A DNA stretch of 64,000 nt, taken from assembly GCF_009914755.1 (NCBI RefSeq), contig NC_060936.1; one strand, written 5' to 3'. Origin of the DNA: the human T2T-CHM13v2.0 reference genome, Homo sapiens. This document shows, piece after piece, positions 16,960-31,640 of the stretch. Position 1 is the stretch's first letter, and every line of letters begins with the position of its first letter. A program made the translations under genes and the position numbers. The notes beneath the pieces are model-generated. The model searched no databases. It saw only the letters and a program-made list of their open reading frames with translations, and was not told the origin of the DNA.

Positions 16960-18933
16960 ACAAATATACTGGTAAGACACAGAAATTTGTAATGCAAGTC
17001 ACATTTTAATATAGTTTTAAAGTCTTCCAAATATAGTAGCAAATTTAATCAGAAAAAACACCTGAAACATCTTAACTATTAGTACATTATTTTAAAGGAT
17101 TATTTCCCTGATTCCTTGGCTTACTAAACTGTATTTATAAAGGTATAAACTACTGATTTTTCCATTTGAGTATTATACTAAATGTAATTTAGCTGATAAT
17201 TATAAATAAAATTGTTGACTAAGATCATGTTTTAAATAGGGAAAAAAGTTTCCCTTAGTAAACTGGTAAAGACTGTAAGTTGATATTTTCAAACTTTTGA
17301 TTACTATAAAGTAGTAAGCAATAAAATCCACATCCCCACAAAAACTTCACTTTTCTTCTATTGCAAAAATCTTTACAAAAAATGTACTCTGAGTGCATTA
17401 TCCGTGTTTGCTTTAAAAATCAACAAACATACCAAAATAATTCATCAAGAAATCAAAGCAAAGAAACAGTTATCAGTATCAGGTTTGCTAAAAGAATAAA
17501 TTACTGTGGAAGACATCCGAGGAGTCTAAAATGAATTTGTTGTAGCAGTAACAAGGCTTCAGGCTGATTCTTATACTGTTGTTAAAGCAGCCCTCCCGTG
17601 CTTTACAGTGAAAAAAATCAGTGAATATTTCTTTATTTTAAAAAATTATCAATAGCTTCAAAATAATGTTTAAACTTGCCTTGAGAACATGTACTGGCTA
17701 TGATAAATCCATTATTTGACATATTGGGTGAGTTTTTTTAGTGATCTAAAAGAAATTGGCTAAAACCCATACATGACAGGTTTGGGAAGCTCTAACTCAG
17801 GTCAGAAAAGTGGGAGAGAGATCAGATCCTTTTTATGGAATGAAAGAGCAACAATTTAAATATCTTTTTTGAAATAGTGAAACATTTTGGGCTCAATTAG
17901 TCTTTATTACTTTCTTTCTTTTTACAGAGACGAGGTCTTGCTATATTGCCCAGGCTGGTCTCGAACTCCTGAGCTCAAGCAATCTGCCTGCCTCAGCCTC
18001 CCAAAGTGCTGGGATTATAGGCATGAGCCACTACACCTGGCTAGTCTCTATTATTTTCAAAGACAGCAGTAGGCCAGGCACGGTGGCACGCGCCTGTAAT
18101 CCCAGTACTTTGGGAGGCTGAGGCAGGATCCCTTGAGCCCAGGAGTTTGAGACCAGCCTGGGCAACAGTGAAACCCACCTCTATAAACGAAAACAAAAAC
18201 AAAAACACGAGCAGTAAGCTAAAAATATTAAAATATCAACACTAGCTTATTCTCAAAAACAATTTTCTGCTATATAAAGTGCTTGTAACTAATAATATAC
18301 ATTAAAAATGGCAACTCTTAAGATCATGAATGGCCTGTCTCACTGCCAGCAATGAGAGTAGTATATGCTAAGGGACACCATGATATTTAGAGAAGACAAA
18401 AAATATGTATTCAATTATTTCCTATAGTTCTAATACTGTCATTATACCAGTAAGCATAAAATAATCTTATTTTGATATGGTAATTAAACAAAAATTATTA
18501 TGGCAGAGTAAAATGCAAGGAACTAACTCCTTAGGGATTTCTGACCATTAAGTATTTTTACTAGTTCATAATGAAGTTAAATATGACTAGAACACAATTC
18601 AGAAAAAAGAGACTAATTTATTTGTTTTATAAAATAGAATGAGCGCTTAGTTTAGATAATCAAGAGGTGACAGCTTCAGGTATCATCTTCACCAAGAATA
18701 AATTTGTAGTGTTTCATATTCATTTAAAGGAATCAGGAAGAAAAATTCATTTAATTTCTGCTGCCTGCCCAGTCACTTCAAAAATTCTTAAGGGAAGCTA
18801 AAATAAAAATACCTTGGATTCTGGTTACTTTTTAAAGTAAAAATTTCCAGATGCCTCAAAAGCAGTGAGTTCAATTTGGTGTCTTGTGTTCTGGCAAAGA
18901 ACAGTTAAGTTTACAGCACTGCAGTCACAGTTT
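16960..18933 (-). other. NR2C1: NR2C1 3' UTR (proximal and putative long forms)
   Basis: AT-rich, mostly unique sequence after the stop; candidate minus-strand polyA signals ATTAAA 18750-18755, AATAAA 18617-18622 and distal ATTAAA 17005-17010. The distal end is inferred, not seen. Confidence 0.65.
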
Positions 18934-19108
18934 TCAAATGCTGTGACCAATTATTTGAGAGTTATAATCTGCAGGCTCCATTTTCAAAATATGTGGGATA
19001 ACACTGTCAATTCGTATATTGCCAATGAGACCTTTGAAAAACAATTCTTCAGTGATGGTAGCATTCATCAGTCTTAAAGCTGGCAATCTGAGTAGTAGTC
19101 TGGATAAC
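18934..19108 (-). CDS. NR2C1: Nuclear receptor TR2, last coding exon (exon 14; LBD C-terminus)
   Basis: TTTAG|G TTA TCC AGA...: (R)LSRLLLRLPALRLMNATITEELFFKGLIGNIRIDSVIPHILKMEPADYNSQIIGHSI*; 175 nt, TGA at 18936-18934. Confidence 0.97.
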
Positions 19109-19468
19109 CTAAAAAAAGAAAGAAAAAAGGGAGAGGAACAAGGTTGTAAACCAGAAAGAAATTTAGTAGAAAAATATGAGTAATTTCTGCATGTGGCCTA
19201 ATTTAATAAAGATAGCATTTTCAAAAGTTAAAATCAAAACTTTAGTATTCTCAAGCCTTAGAACATATGGCAATTACCTGGCTATTAATGCAGTCTGACA
19301 GACTCCACAGGGGAAAGCCCTGCTCTTAATGCTACACTGTACTGCCTCCACTTGGCTGTAAGGACTGTGGAACTGAGTTGTTAAACCATGCATCAAGTTA
19401 TACAATTTTTTTTTTTTTTTTGAGAGAGGGCCTCGCTCTGCTGCACAAACTGGAGTGCAGTGGTGTGA

Positions 19469-19753
<285 letters not shown>

Positions 19754-21854
19754 TAGGAGGCTGAGGTGGGCAGATCACTTGAGGTCAGGAGTTCGAGACC
19801 AGCCTGGCCAACATGGTGAAACCTCATCTCTACTAAAAAAAATAATAATAAAATAAAATAAAATCAGCCGGGCATGACCAGCCTGGCCAACATGGTGAAA
19901 CCTTGTCTCTACTAAAAATACAAAAAATAATTAGCCAGGCATGGTGGCATGTGCCTATAACCCCAGCCACTTGGGAGGCTGAGGCAAGAGAATCATGAGA
20001 ATTGCTTGAACCTAGGAGGCAGAGGTTGCAGTGAGCCGAGATCATGCCACTGCACTCCAGCCTGGGTGACAGACCAATATTCTATCTCAAGAAAAAGAAA
20101 AAGAATGGCTTAGCAACTCATTTCAGGTTTTAAAAATGGCAATGTTTTGTGTTATCAGGACATAAGACATTTTCTTGGTTTTGCTCTGCAAAAAACTACT
20201 GGAAGTAGGCAATAGTTGCTATTACTGGGAAAAGCACAGAATGTGGAATCAAGACCGCTGGGTTCAAATCTTGATTGAACTGCCCACTACTTATATAAAT
20301 GTGTGCTTGCCACTTACTGTCTCTCACAGTGCTGTTGTGAGGATGAATGAAATGATCCCTGCCAATTTCTGTGCCAGGTAGTGAGGTTTCTTAGGGTAAG
20401 ACCCTATCTTGTGTCAAAGTGCCTTATAAGTTGAAAACTACTATCCAAGGATAATGTATTATTTTTAAGTAACCAACAATGTAAAAAACTGAGAAAGCTG
20501 CAGTCACAAAGGAAAAAAATTTAAATACTGTATTTATTTGTATAATGAGGCATAGAGTAACTTTTAAAACTTAAAGATGCTGAAAAACAACCACAACAAA
20601 ACCACCTTTTCAAAAAGACTGTGGTGGGTTTATCCTTCTGTCCTAACGCCTTGCACTCTAACACCTCAGACCAAATTAGACCAGCAGCCCCCAGGATTAT
20701 CTTCCTGGAGCTGTGTGCTCTACTCCTCAAATTACTTAGCATCCACATCAAATTACTCAGCTTTTACAGAACTGGTAGAAAGCAGAATAGGAAAACGAGT
20801 TAAAGTAAGGCTGATATTTAAGATGAGACTGGCTTATAAATCTACATTATTTAATATATGTAAAAAAATTATTATATGTAAAAATGTTATCTTACTAGTT
20901 TGAAGTATGCCAAACTAATAAAATGTTTTATTTATTATAAACAAACACACTTATATAGCCCTTACTGTATGACAGGCACAGTCCTAAGCACTGTACATAT
21001 ATTAACTGATTTAATCCTTAAAATAATTGTAAAAAGTGGGTATTAGTATTATCTCCATTTATAGGTGAGGAAACATGCCCAAGGTTATGAAGCTAGCAAG
21101 TGCAGGAGTCAGAATTCAAATCCAGGTACTCTGGCTCTATAACCAGGTGATTAACCCCTCGGCTATAATATCCCTCTTTAAAGAAAGTGGCTCTTATAAA
21201 AAAAGAATTTTTCTCAAAGAATATTGGTGAGAAATAGCTTGGAGTGAATTTCATAAACCATGTTTCAAAATTAATTATAAAACAATCTAATGGTATTTGT
21301 TTTTATTTTTTAATATTTTTTAGACAGGGTCTCACTCTGTCACCCAGATTGGAGCGTAGGAGTATGATCACAGCTCATTGCAGTCTCACCTCAGCTTTCT
21401 GAGTAGCTGGGACTTCAGGCATGCGCCACCAAGCCGGGCTAATTTTTGTATTTTTTTGTAGAAACAGGGTTTCACCATGTTGTCCAGGCTGGTCTCTTGA
21501 TTATTTTTTATCCTCCTTTTGCTAACAAAATTCATTATTTTATCCAAAGAAAAAGAGTTTGGATTTTAGAGTCAGACTACTTGGGTCACAGTCAGGTGCT
21601 ATCATTTACTGTGTGACCTTAAGCAAAGTTAACCTCTCTGTGCTGAAGTCTCCTCTTATAAAAAATATAAGAACTGGATGAAATATTTTATGTAACGTAC
21701 TTGCAGCAATGCAATACTGCTTTTTATAGCATTAGTATTTCAAAGTTAAGGTTGCCTAAAACATTTAATTATTGTGAGAGTAGTAATAATGAGATAACAG
21801 ATCCACAAAAGGTTTTTCAATTATTTTAATTATATAGAATTTAACTCTAGATAC

Positions 21855-21960
21855 CTGTAGGTGTCATCTGGATATGTTTTGGTTATATAATCTTGGAATT
21901 CCACATAAGCCTTTTCCTGAAATTTCTCTATCTGTTCCATGTTTTCTAGGCTTGGATGAT
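21855..21960 (-). CDS. NR2C1: TR2 exon 13
   Basis: (D)HPSLENMEQIEKFQEKAYVEFQDYITKTYPDDTY(R); 106 nt; TTTCAG acceptor, GTATCT donor. Confidence 0.97.
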
Positions 21961-22256
21961 CTGAAACATTAAAGAAAACATTGGTACCCTAGTTCTGAAT
22001 GTTCATTTAAGACAGAGTGGATATGAAAAGAGACAGAAAGAATAGTCAAAATAGAAGCCCCATCATAAAATGTGTGGCTCAGGCCGGGCATGGTGGCTCA
22101 CGCCTGTAATCCTAGCACTTTGGGAGGCTGAGGAGGGTGAATCATCTGAGGTCAGGAGTTCAAGACCAGCCTGACCAACATGGAGAAGCCCCATCTCTAC
22201 TAAAAATACAAAATTAGCCAGGCATGGTGGCGCATGCCTGTAATCCAAGCTACTCA

Positions 22257-22361
<105 letters not shown>

Positions 22362-22709
22362 TTAAAAAAAAAAAAAAAAAAAAAAAAGTGTGGCTCATTC
22401 ATTCCACAAATATTGATTGAGGCCACCTACTATATACCAAGCACTATATTTTACATATTTAAAATTATTTTTTATCTCGTATACATATGCTAACAACTAA
22501 TAAAAAATAAGCGGGTGTTACCAAAACAAACAGCTTTCTCTCCATTCCAAAAGTAGTAAGAATGCATTTGATAACTTTGCCTTTAATAGGAGCAAAAGGT
22601 AAATGACTCAGCTTAAAAAGACATCTTAAGGCTGGGTGTGGTGGCTCATGCCTGTAGTCCCAGCACTTTGGGAGGCCGAGGTGGGGGGGATCACAAGGTC
22701 AGGGGTTCA

Positions 22710-23039
<330 letters not shown>

Positions 23040-24129
23040 TTATCTCTATCAGAAAAATAACAGAAACATGAAAAAATCTATATAAGCATTTCAATGGTCA
23101 CTATAACATTACACAAAAACAGAAATATTAAAAGAACTTCATAAAAATTATGCATAGCTTAAGAAATGTTGAATATGGAAAGCTCTGTTCTCATGGATGA
23201 AAATTTTAAAAAGTACTAAATGGAAAAACCTAAAAATACTTAGTAAAATAAAATTACATTAGAATTTAAACTTCAAATCTATGTTCCTTCAATTTTCACC
23301 TAAGGAAAATAAAGGTGACAAATTGTGCTAAGAATAGAGACATACGTTACTAACTCATAAGAAACATTAGAAGAAATAGTACAAGCTTTCATGTTCTTAC
23401 TGGTATTACTGACAGAAAGAAGCAGGTTTCCTCAGATAATTTTATTATGATGCACGAGAACAGAAACATATCAGAATGAAAAATACAGAACCTAAGAGAA
23501 CAGTCAATTTCTCTTATTCAGAAATTGATCACTGAGAGCTTACCGTCATTTTACCATCTGTGAAAACTGTAAACTGGCAGGAAAACAAGAAACCAGTTTT
23601 TTAAATTTGTTGGTAACTCATATAAGATGTTTGGAAATCTAGCCCATCAACATAGCAATAGTCATCTCTCATTCTGCCATTTAGTAATGCCTAAAAAAAT
23701 ACACCTAAGAATTCAAATGTTGACGTGACAACAGAAATAAAGGTCTATAACATTTTTTACATTTTCATTTATTTTTGAGACAGGGTCTCCCTCTGTCACC
23801 CAGGCTAGAATGCAGCAGCATGATTAGAGCTCACTGCAGCCTCAAATTCTCGGGCTGAAGTGATCCTCCCACCTAAGCCTCCCAAGTAGCTGAAACTACA
23901 GGTGCACACCAGCACATCCAGCTAATTTTTTCTGTTTTGATTTTTGTAGAGAAGAGGTCTCATTATGTTGCCCAGGCTGGTCTCAAACTCCTGACCAGTC
24001 CTCCCATCTCAGCCTCCCAAAATGTGAGGATTACAGGCATGAGCTACTGCGCCCTGCCAAGGTCTATCATATTATTTCACTGACTTCTCAACCTCCCTTT
24101 TCATACCCATATAAATGTCTAACATCCTT

Positions 24130-25055
<926 letters not shown>

Positions 25056-25090
25056 ATTTTATTTTGAATAAAAAGTAAATGTTTATATAC

Positions 25091-25228
25091 CTGGACTGAA
25101 GAGTACTATTGCCTTCAGGTAGGCATATTCGTATCCATCAATGCAGAGTTTAACCATGCTGTTACAAAACTCCTGTAGTTTGAAGATGTGCTCCATCAAT
25201 AATTTTCTTCTTTCTGTTGACATTTTAT
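25091..25228 (-). CDS. NR2C1: TR2 exon 12
   Basis: (D)KMSTERRKLLMEHIFKLQEFCNSMVKLCIDGYEYAYLKAIVLFSP; 138 nt; AAG acceptor, GTATAT donor. Confidence 0.97.
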
Positions 25229-27323
25229 CTTTAATTAAAAATAAACAAATGCTTCTAGTGTTTGTCTAAAATGAACAACTACTTTCATCCAATATATTTC
25301 CCTCTCAGGAATTTTGAAAAATTTTTTAATTCTTAAATTTTTTTTGAGACAGGGTTTTACTCCTGTCGCCCAGGTGGCAGTGCAGTGCAGTGCGGTGATC
25401 TTGGCTCACTGCAACCTCTGCCTCCTGGACTCAAGCAGTTCTCCTGCCTCAGCCTCCCAAGTAGCTGGGACTAGAGGCGCATGCCACCGCGCCCAGCTAA
25501 TTTTTGTATTTTTTGTAGGATGGGGTTTCACTATGTTGCCCAGGCTGTTCTTGAACTCCTGGGCTCAAGTGATTAGCCCACCTGTGCCTCCCAAAGTCTT
25601 GGGATTACAGGTGTGAGCCACTGTGCCTGGCCTTCCTCTCATGAATTTCAAGCTTTGAGTATAACCAATGTAGAAATGTTTAAAATTAAGTATTTCTGCA
25701 ATTATAGCTAAAACTAATCTTAAGATATTATTCATTCAAGAACAAGCTGTTAGTATAATCTGTATAAAAATCGTAAGTAGAAAGGTTTATATTTATTTTT
25801 CTTGAGACAGGGTCTCGCTCTGTTGCCCAAGGCTGGAGTGCAGTGGTGCGATCTCAACTCACTGCAACTCTGCCTCCTGGGTTCAAGCAATCCTCCCACC
25901 TCAGCCTCCTGAGTAGTTGGGACTACAGGTAAGCGCCACCATGAATGGCTAAATTTTGTATTTTAGTAGAGATGGGGTTTCACCATGTTGGCCAGGCTGG
26001 TCTTGAACCCCTGACCTCAAGTGATCTGCCTGCCTCAGCCTCCCAAAGTGTGAGCCACTGTGCCCAGCCAGGTTTATATTTCATCTTAATTCTTTTGATG
26101 TTGTAAAAGTACTTTTAAAAAATGAATTATTTTCTCATGGTAATTGCTTTTGGGGAAAAAACTATATATAAAAAATGGATTTGGATGTTTATGGCACTTG
26201 GCTTGTTAAAAAAAACAACAAACCAAACAAACAAAAAAAGAAAACTCTAAATGTAATGGTTCCTTTTTTTTTTTTTTTTTGAGATGGAGTCTCGCTCTGT
26301 CGCCCAGGCTGGAGTGCAGTGGCACGATCTCGGCTCACTGCAACCTCTGCTTCCTGGGTTCAAGCAATTCTCTGCCTCAGCCTCCTGAGTAGCTGGGATT
26401 ACAGGCGCTTGCCACCACGCCTGGCTAATTTTTTTGTATTTTTAGTAGAGACGGAGTTTCACCATGTTTGCCGGGCTGGTCTTGAACTCCTGACCTCATG
26501 ATCCACCCGCCTAGGCATCTCAAAGTGCTGGGATTACAGGCGTGAGCTACCGCGCCCAACACCCCCCTCCCCACCCTTTTTATTTTTTTAAAGAAATGGT
26601 TCTCACTCTGTTGTCCAAGCTAGGGTGTAGTGGTGCCATCATAGCTCACTGCAACCTCAAATTCCTGGGCTCAAGTAATCCTCTGCCTCAGATTCCTAAG
26701 TAGCTGGGACTATGACTATAGGCATGCGCTACCATGGCCAGCTAATTTTTAAAAAATTTCTGTAGAGGTGGGGTACCACAATGTTGTCCAGGCTAGTCTC
26801 GAACTCCTAGGCTCAAGCAGTCTCACCTCAGCCTCCCAAAGGGCTGGAATTACAGGTGTGAACCACCCCACCTGGCTGAAATGTTTGCTTTCAAGATATA
26901 CCTTTGAGAAGATAGGATGTAAAGATAACCATCTGAAACACTAGACAACTAAAAGTACATAAGACTCAAATTTTGGTAATAGGATTTTATTTAAGCTTAT
27001 ATTGGTTGGGAAAAAATGAGCAAAACCATCTACATGTTTCACTACCAAGACTACTATAATAAAAACAGATATTTAGTAAAAACACTGTTAAGAAGAAAAA
27101 AACTGAAGCAGAATAAAGTTTTACAATAAAGATTTTAATTTATTGTAGAGGGACATGTTTAAAACCCATCCATTAGTAATTAGTCAACCATAGCTTTCCT
27201 GAAGGTAGGCTTTATAACCATTACAGGCATATAAGACATGAACCAGGGGTAGGAGTCCATAAGTAAGATGGGAATGTGATGCTGCCTTCTAGTAGATCTA
27301 TTTTTGATGACATTTTAAGGTGA

Positions 27324-27334
27324 TTACCCCTCTG
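27324..27334 (-). CDS. NR2C1: Alternative terminal exon coding part (A-E-G-stop), 467-aa truncated isoform
   Basis: TTTAACAG|CA GAG GGG TAA in phase with exon 11; 464+3 = 467 aa, the length I recall for TR2-9; minus-strand AATAAA at 27139-27144. Confidence 0.8.
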
Positions 27335-27519
27335 CTGTTAAACATAAGGAGGAAGCAAATGATTTAAAAATTATATAAAACAATAAGAAATAGAATATGC
27401 TAAAGAACTAAAAGGTAGTCCCCAATTTATAAATTATTCCTGAGCTCAAAAGGCAATTTTCCCCATTTGTTGATGGGGCACTGTTTTGGGTAGTCATAAG
27501 CCATTCTATAGTTAAGCAT

Positions 27520-27578
27520 TTATAAATCAGTGATTGCTCGTCTTGTGAAATGAATGAGGGCTGCAATTACCTTGGCAT
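27520..27578 (-). CDS. NR2C1: Alternative terminal exon (DAKVIAALIHFTRRAITDL*), 483-aa truncated isoform
   Basis: Strong acceptor TTTTTCCTTTCCTAG|AT GCC AAG...TTA TAA in phase with exon 11; 464+19 = 483 aa, the length I recall for TR2-5. Confidence 0.85.
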
Positions 27579-28053
27579 CTAGGAAAGGAAAAACAGAATA
27601 AAAAGGATTGTTCCTGACTCTTCAGAACTATTTAGGTGAGAGAATACACTCTGATGAATTGATACAAAATCAACCTATCTTAGGATTCAAAGGGCTATAA
27701 TAAAGAAAGGTCATTTAAAAATTGCTGAGTAGTATATGTTTTAAAATATTTGACCACCTCTACATAAGCTCACCCTGGATTCTTTGATAGTTGCACAAAA
27801 ATTCACAAGGCCTGGTCAGAAATAGCCTGCCAGACTTAAGTATACTGTTTTCAATTTTGTTGCACTCTATTTAAAAAATATTTTTAGAGGATTAGTAAAT
27901 TTATAAAATTGTAAAAATTATCTAAAGTAAGAAGAGCATTGGTACCTAAAACACTAATATAATAATTATTAGATATCTAACTTTAGTCATAACATTTAAT
28001 GAAACTCATGCCTCCTCCTACAACCTGGAAAAGGTAAGGAAGGTGCTTTTTAC

Positions 28054-28193
28054 CTTGTTGAAGACTATTGTGAAGACAATTGACAAATGTTGCTAATATA
28101 GTTGCTACATTCATCACTTGCCAGCACTGGGCAAGACCAAGAGTAAAAAGTTCATTCCAGTAAGCTTTCACCAGTGATATGCTGTTTTCTTGC
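28054..28193 (-). CDS. NR2C1: TR2 exon 11
   Basis: (G)QENSISLVKAYWNELFTLGLAQCWQVMNVATILATFVNCLHNSLQQ; 140 nt; TAATAG acceptor, weak GTAAAA donor. Confidence 0.97.
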
Positions 28194-28557
28194 CTATTAA
28201 AAACAGTAATAAAAGCACAAATCAGATATTATTAAAATAAGTTTTATAAACCTTACAGCTAGTCCAAATACTTAAAAACAGCATATTACTAAACTAAAAT
28301 TATTCTAGAAAGATTTGAGCAAGTCTGTGTTTTGTATAGCTGATAACAAAATGAGAAATGAGGAATGCTTAGGCATTTAAATAGTAGCTAGCTCATCAAT
28401 CAGCCAGTTTATAAGAACAATTGCAAGTAATATTCAAACTAAAAAAGTTGGGGCTTTAACTTCACATTTCATAGAAATGGAATAAAGATTGTTCTTAAAA
28501 GCAAAAGCATATATTAAAAAAAAACTTTTGCTTTGAATATAGGTAAATACCTTTTAA

Positions 28558-28776
<219 letters not shown>

Positions 28777-31306
28777 TGACCAGGCTGGTCTTGAACTCCT
28801 GACCTCAGCTGATCCGCCTGCCTTGGCCTCCCAAAGTGTTGGGATTACAGGCGTGAGCCACTGCTCCCAGCCTCTAGAATTATTTTATAGTAGGCAAGCA
28901 ACCAATTTTAGGAGAAAAATGGATCATTGTATGTTTCAGAGGAGATATTAGTATCCCTATAAATAAGATACCCAGGATTTTACTATGAATAACAAGAGAT
29001 TAGAAAGGTCAAAAGTTCTCTCCTGAATTTCTAAGTAACTGATCTCAGCAGCACAAGGAGGCTGAGGCAGGAGAATGGTGTGAACCTGGGAGGCAGAGCT
29101 TGCAGTGAGCAGAGGTCGCACCACTGCACTCCAGCCTGGGTGACACAGCGAGACTCCGTCTCAAAAAAAAAAAGGAAAAAAAAAAAGACCCCCATCTCTA
29201 CAAAAAATGAAAACATTAGCCGAGCATAGTGGCATGTGCCTGCCGTCCCAGCTACTTAAACCTATTTATCCATTTGAAATTAGGCAAACTTCCCAGGTCT
29301 CAGGTTGTCTAATGATACAAAATGCAGAGACACTATACGTCCTATATCTTGCTCAGAGTTATTAAGAGGTGAAAGGTAAGAATTAGCTGGGGCTGGGTGC
29401 AGTAGCTCACGTCTGTAATCCCAGCACTTCGGGAGGCTGAGGCAGACGCATCACTTGAGCCCAGGAGTTGCAAACCAGCCTGGGCAACATGGCGAAACCC
29501 TATCTCTACAAAAAATACAAAAATTAGCTGGGTGTGGAGGTGCACACCTATAGTCTCAGCTACTCGCAGGCTGAGGTGGGAGGATCACCTAAGCCTGGGG
29601 AAGTTGAGGCTTCGGTGAGCTGTGATCACACCACTGCACTCCAGCTTGGGTGACAGAGTGAGACCCTGTCTCAAAAAAAAGAGAGAGAATTAACTGGGTG
29701 CTGTGGCACATGCCTATAGTCCCAGCTACTCAGGAGGGTTGAGGTGGGAGGACTGCTTGAGGCCAGGAGTTTGAAGGGGTAGCACACCATGATTGCATCT
29801 GTGAAGAGACACTGCACTCCAGCCTCTAACCTGGCACAGGAAGACCCTGTCTCAAAAAAAAAAAAAAAATTGAGAAAGTATATGCCAGGTACTGGAGAAA
29901 TAGCAATTAAGAGATTAAGTTTGCCTTCATGAAAAAAAGGGGAAATAACAAATATATAATTTCAAGTATTTTATATAAATATACATATATGATTATACAT
30001 AATTTTAGGTAATAAAAATTCTACATTAGTATAAAGGATGTATATTAGAAAATGGGAAGGTTCAGATAAGGTGGTTAGAGAAGGCATTTCTGAGGTGGTG
30101 ACATTTGACTGGAGAAAGATGGCAGAGAATTAAAACAAACAAACACAAAAACCAAAAATCAGATCTAGGGGAATAGTATCCCAGGGAGAACAAGGGCAAA
30201 TGTGCTAAGGTGAGAACAAGCATATTCAATAAAACAATAGATATTCAATAAAAATTGTTAAGTGAATTACTAAATGCTATCCTATTGTCTTGGAAGGTCC
30301 TTTCGTAGCCTTGTTTTCCTGGCTAATACCTACTGATCCCTTAAAATATAGCTCAGAGTTCACTTTCTAGAAGGAACATTATTCCTCTCTCAACATATTC
30401 ATTCCCCCTTCAGTGTCACGCACACACGTATCCTCACTGAAGGCAGAGACTCCCTTGCGCATTTCTGTATCTCAGAGACCAATGCAGTACATGGTACACA
30501 GAAAGAATTCTGCAAATGATTTCTGATCTTAGCGAGTACAGAACAGGCAGATGTGAGAACTTTGATGAAAAGAGCTGTGGGCCCTTTTACAATTAATCTT
30601 TAAACCAAACCTACAGACTTTATTATAAATAAGATGATGAAACTATAAGATTTCTTTCCTTAAATCTCTGGAGAGATATAAGTTGGTAAGAACGTCCTGA
30701 TAGGAAATATGTCCAACTTAATGAATGGTACTTATATATTTTTCTTCTTAATAAAGCTTTAAAATTAGGATAATCAGTATGTTTAACAGAAATCATTCGT
30801 TAAGAATCACAGCCTTATGACATTACATTTTATTAAATAATCGAACATACTTGCAACAAATGCTAATACTGTCAACTCAGTCACAGCAAGTTTTTTTTTC
30901 TGAGAATTATTAATGTGAAATTTTAACTTCAGGCTGATCTCTTTTCCATTCAGTATCCAAGAAGGATCACTGGCCACAAGAAACTGCCTGTCATTTGAAA
31001 GTAAAGTTTAAATGCAAAGAAAACCGGTATTTTATAATATTCCTATAGAAAATGCTTAAAAATATCAATCTTAAACAAAATCAAAGGAGATAAAAATAAA
31101 GGATACTATTTTCATTAAAGATGGATAAAATCCAGAATTGAGGAAGAGGTGAGGAAATAAGTATTCATTCTCATACACTGCTGACGTGAACATAAACTGG
31201 ATCAACATCTTTTCAGAGAACAGTTTGGTAGTACCCATCGAAAGTTGAAATGTGCACTTTCTTAGACCCAGCAATTTCACCTCTAAGAAACTATGTTATA
31301 GAAGTA

Positions 31307-31640
31307 CAGTCATGCATAGCACAATGTTTTAGTCAACAATGTACCACATATACAATGGTGGTCCCTTAAGATTGTAATACCATATTTTTATGGACACTTC
31401 TCTATGTTTAGATACACAAACATTTACTATTGTGTTACAACTGCCTATGGTATTCAGTACAGTAACATGCTATACAGGTTTGTCCTAGGTTTGTAGCCTA
31501 GGAGCACTAGGCTGTAGCATATAGCCTTGATGTGTAGTAGGTTTGTGTAAGTACACTCTATGATGTTCACAATGACAAAACTGCCTAATGATGCATTTCT
31601 CAGATTACATAGCCATCATTAAATGGGCAACACATGCCTA
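31307..31640 (+). mobile_element. Tigger3a/MER7-like element inserted in an old L1 3' fragment (~31130-32000)
   Basis: TA-CAGTCATGC start; internal TTCAGTACAGTAACATGCTATACAGGTTTG and TAGGTTTGTGTAAGTACACTCTATGATGTTCAC match the recalled consensus. Confidence 0.8.

Noticed and set aside
30851-30987. Another possible cassette exon (ATGACAG|...GCAA|GTATGT); a similar lone donor occurs near 51925
   Set aside because: Weak pyrimidine tracts; such AG/GT pairs are expected by chance in long introns.
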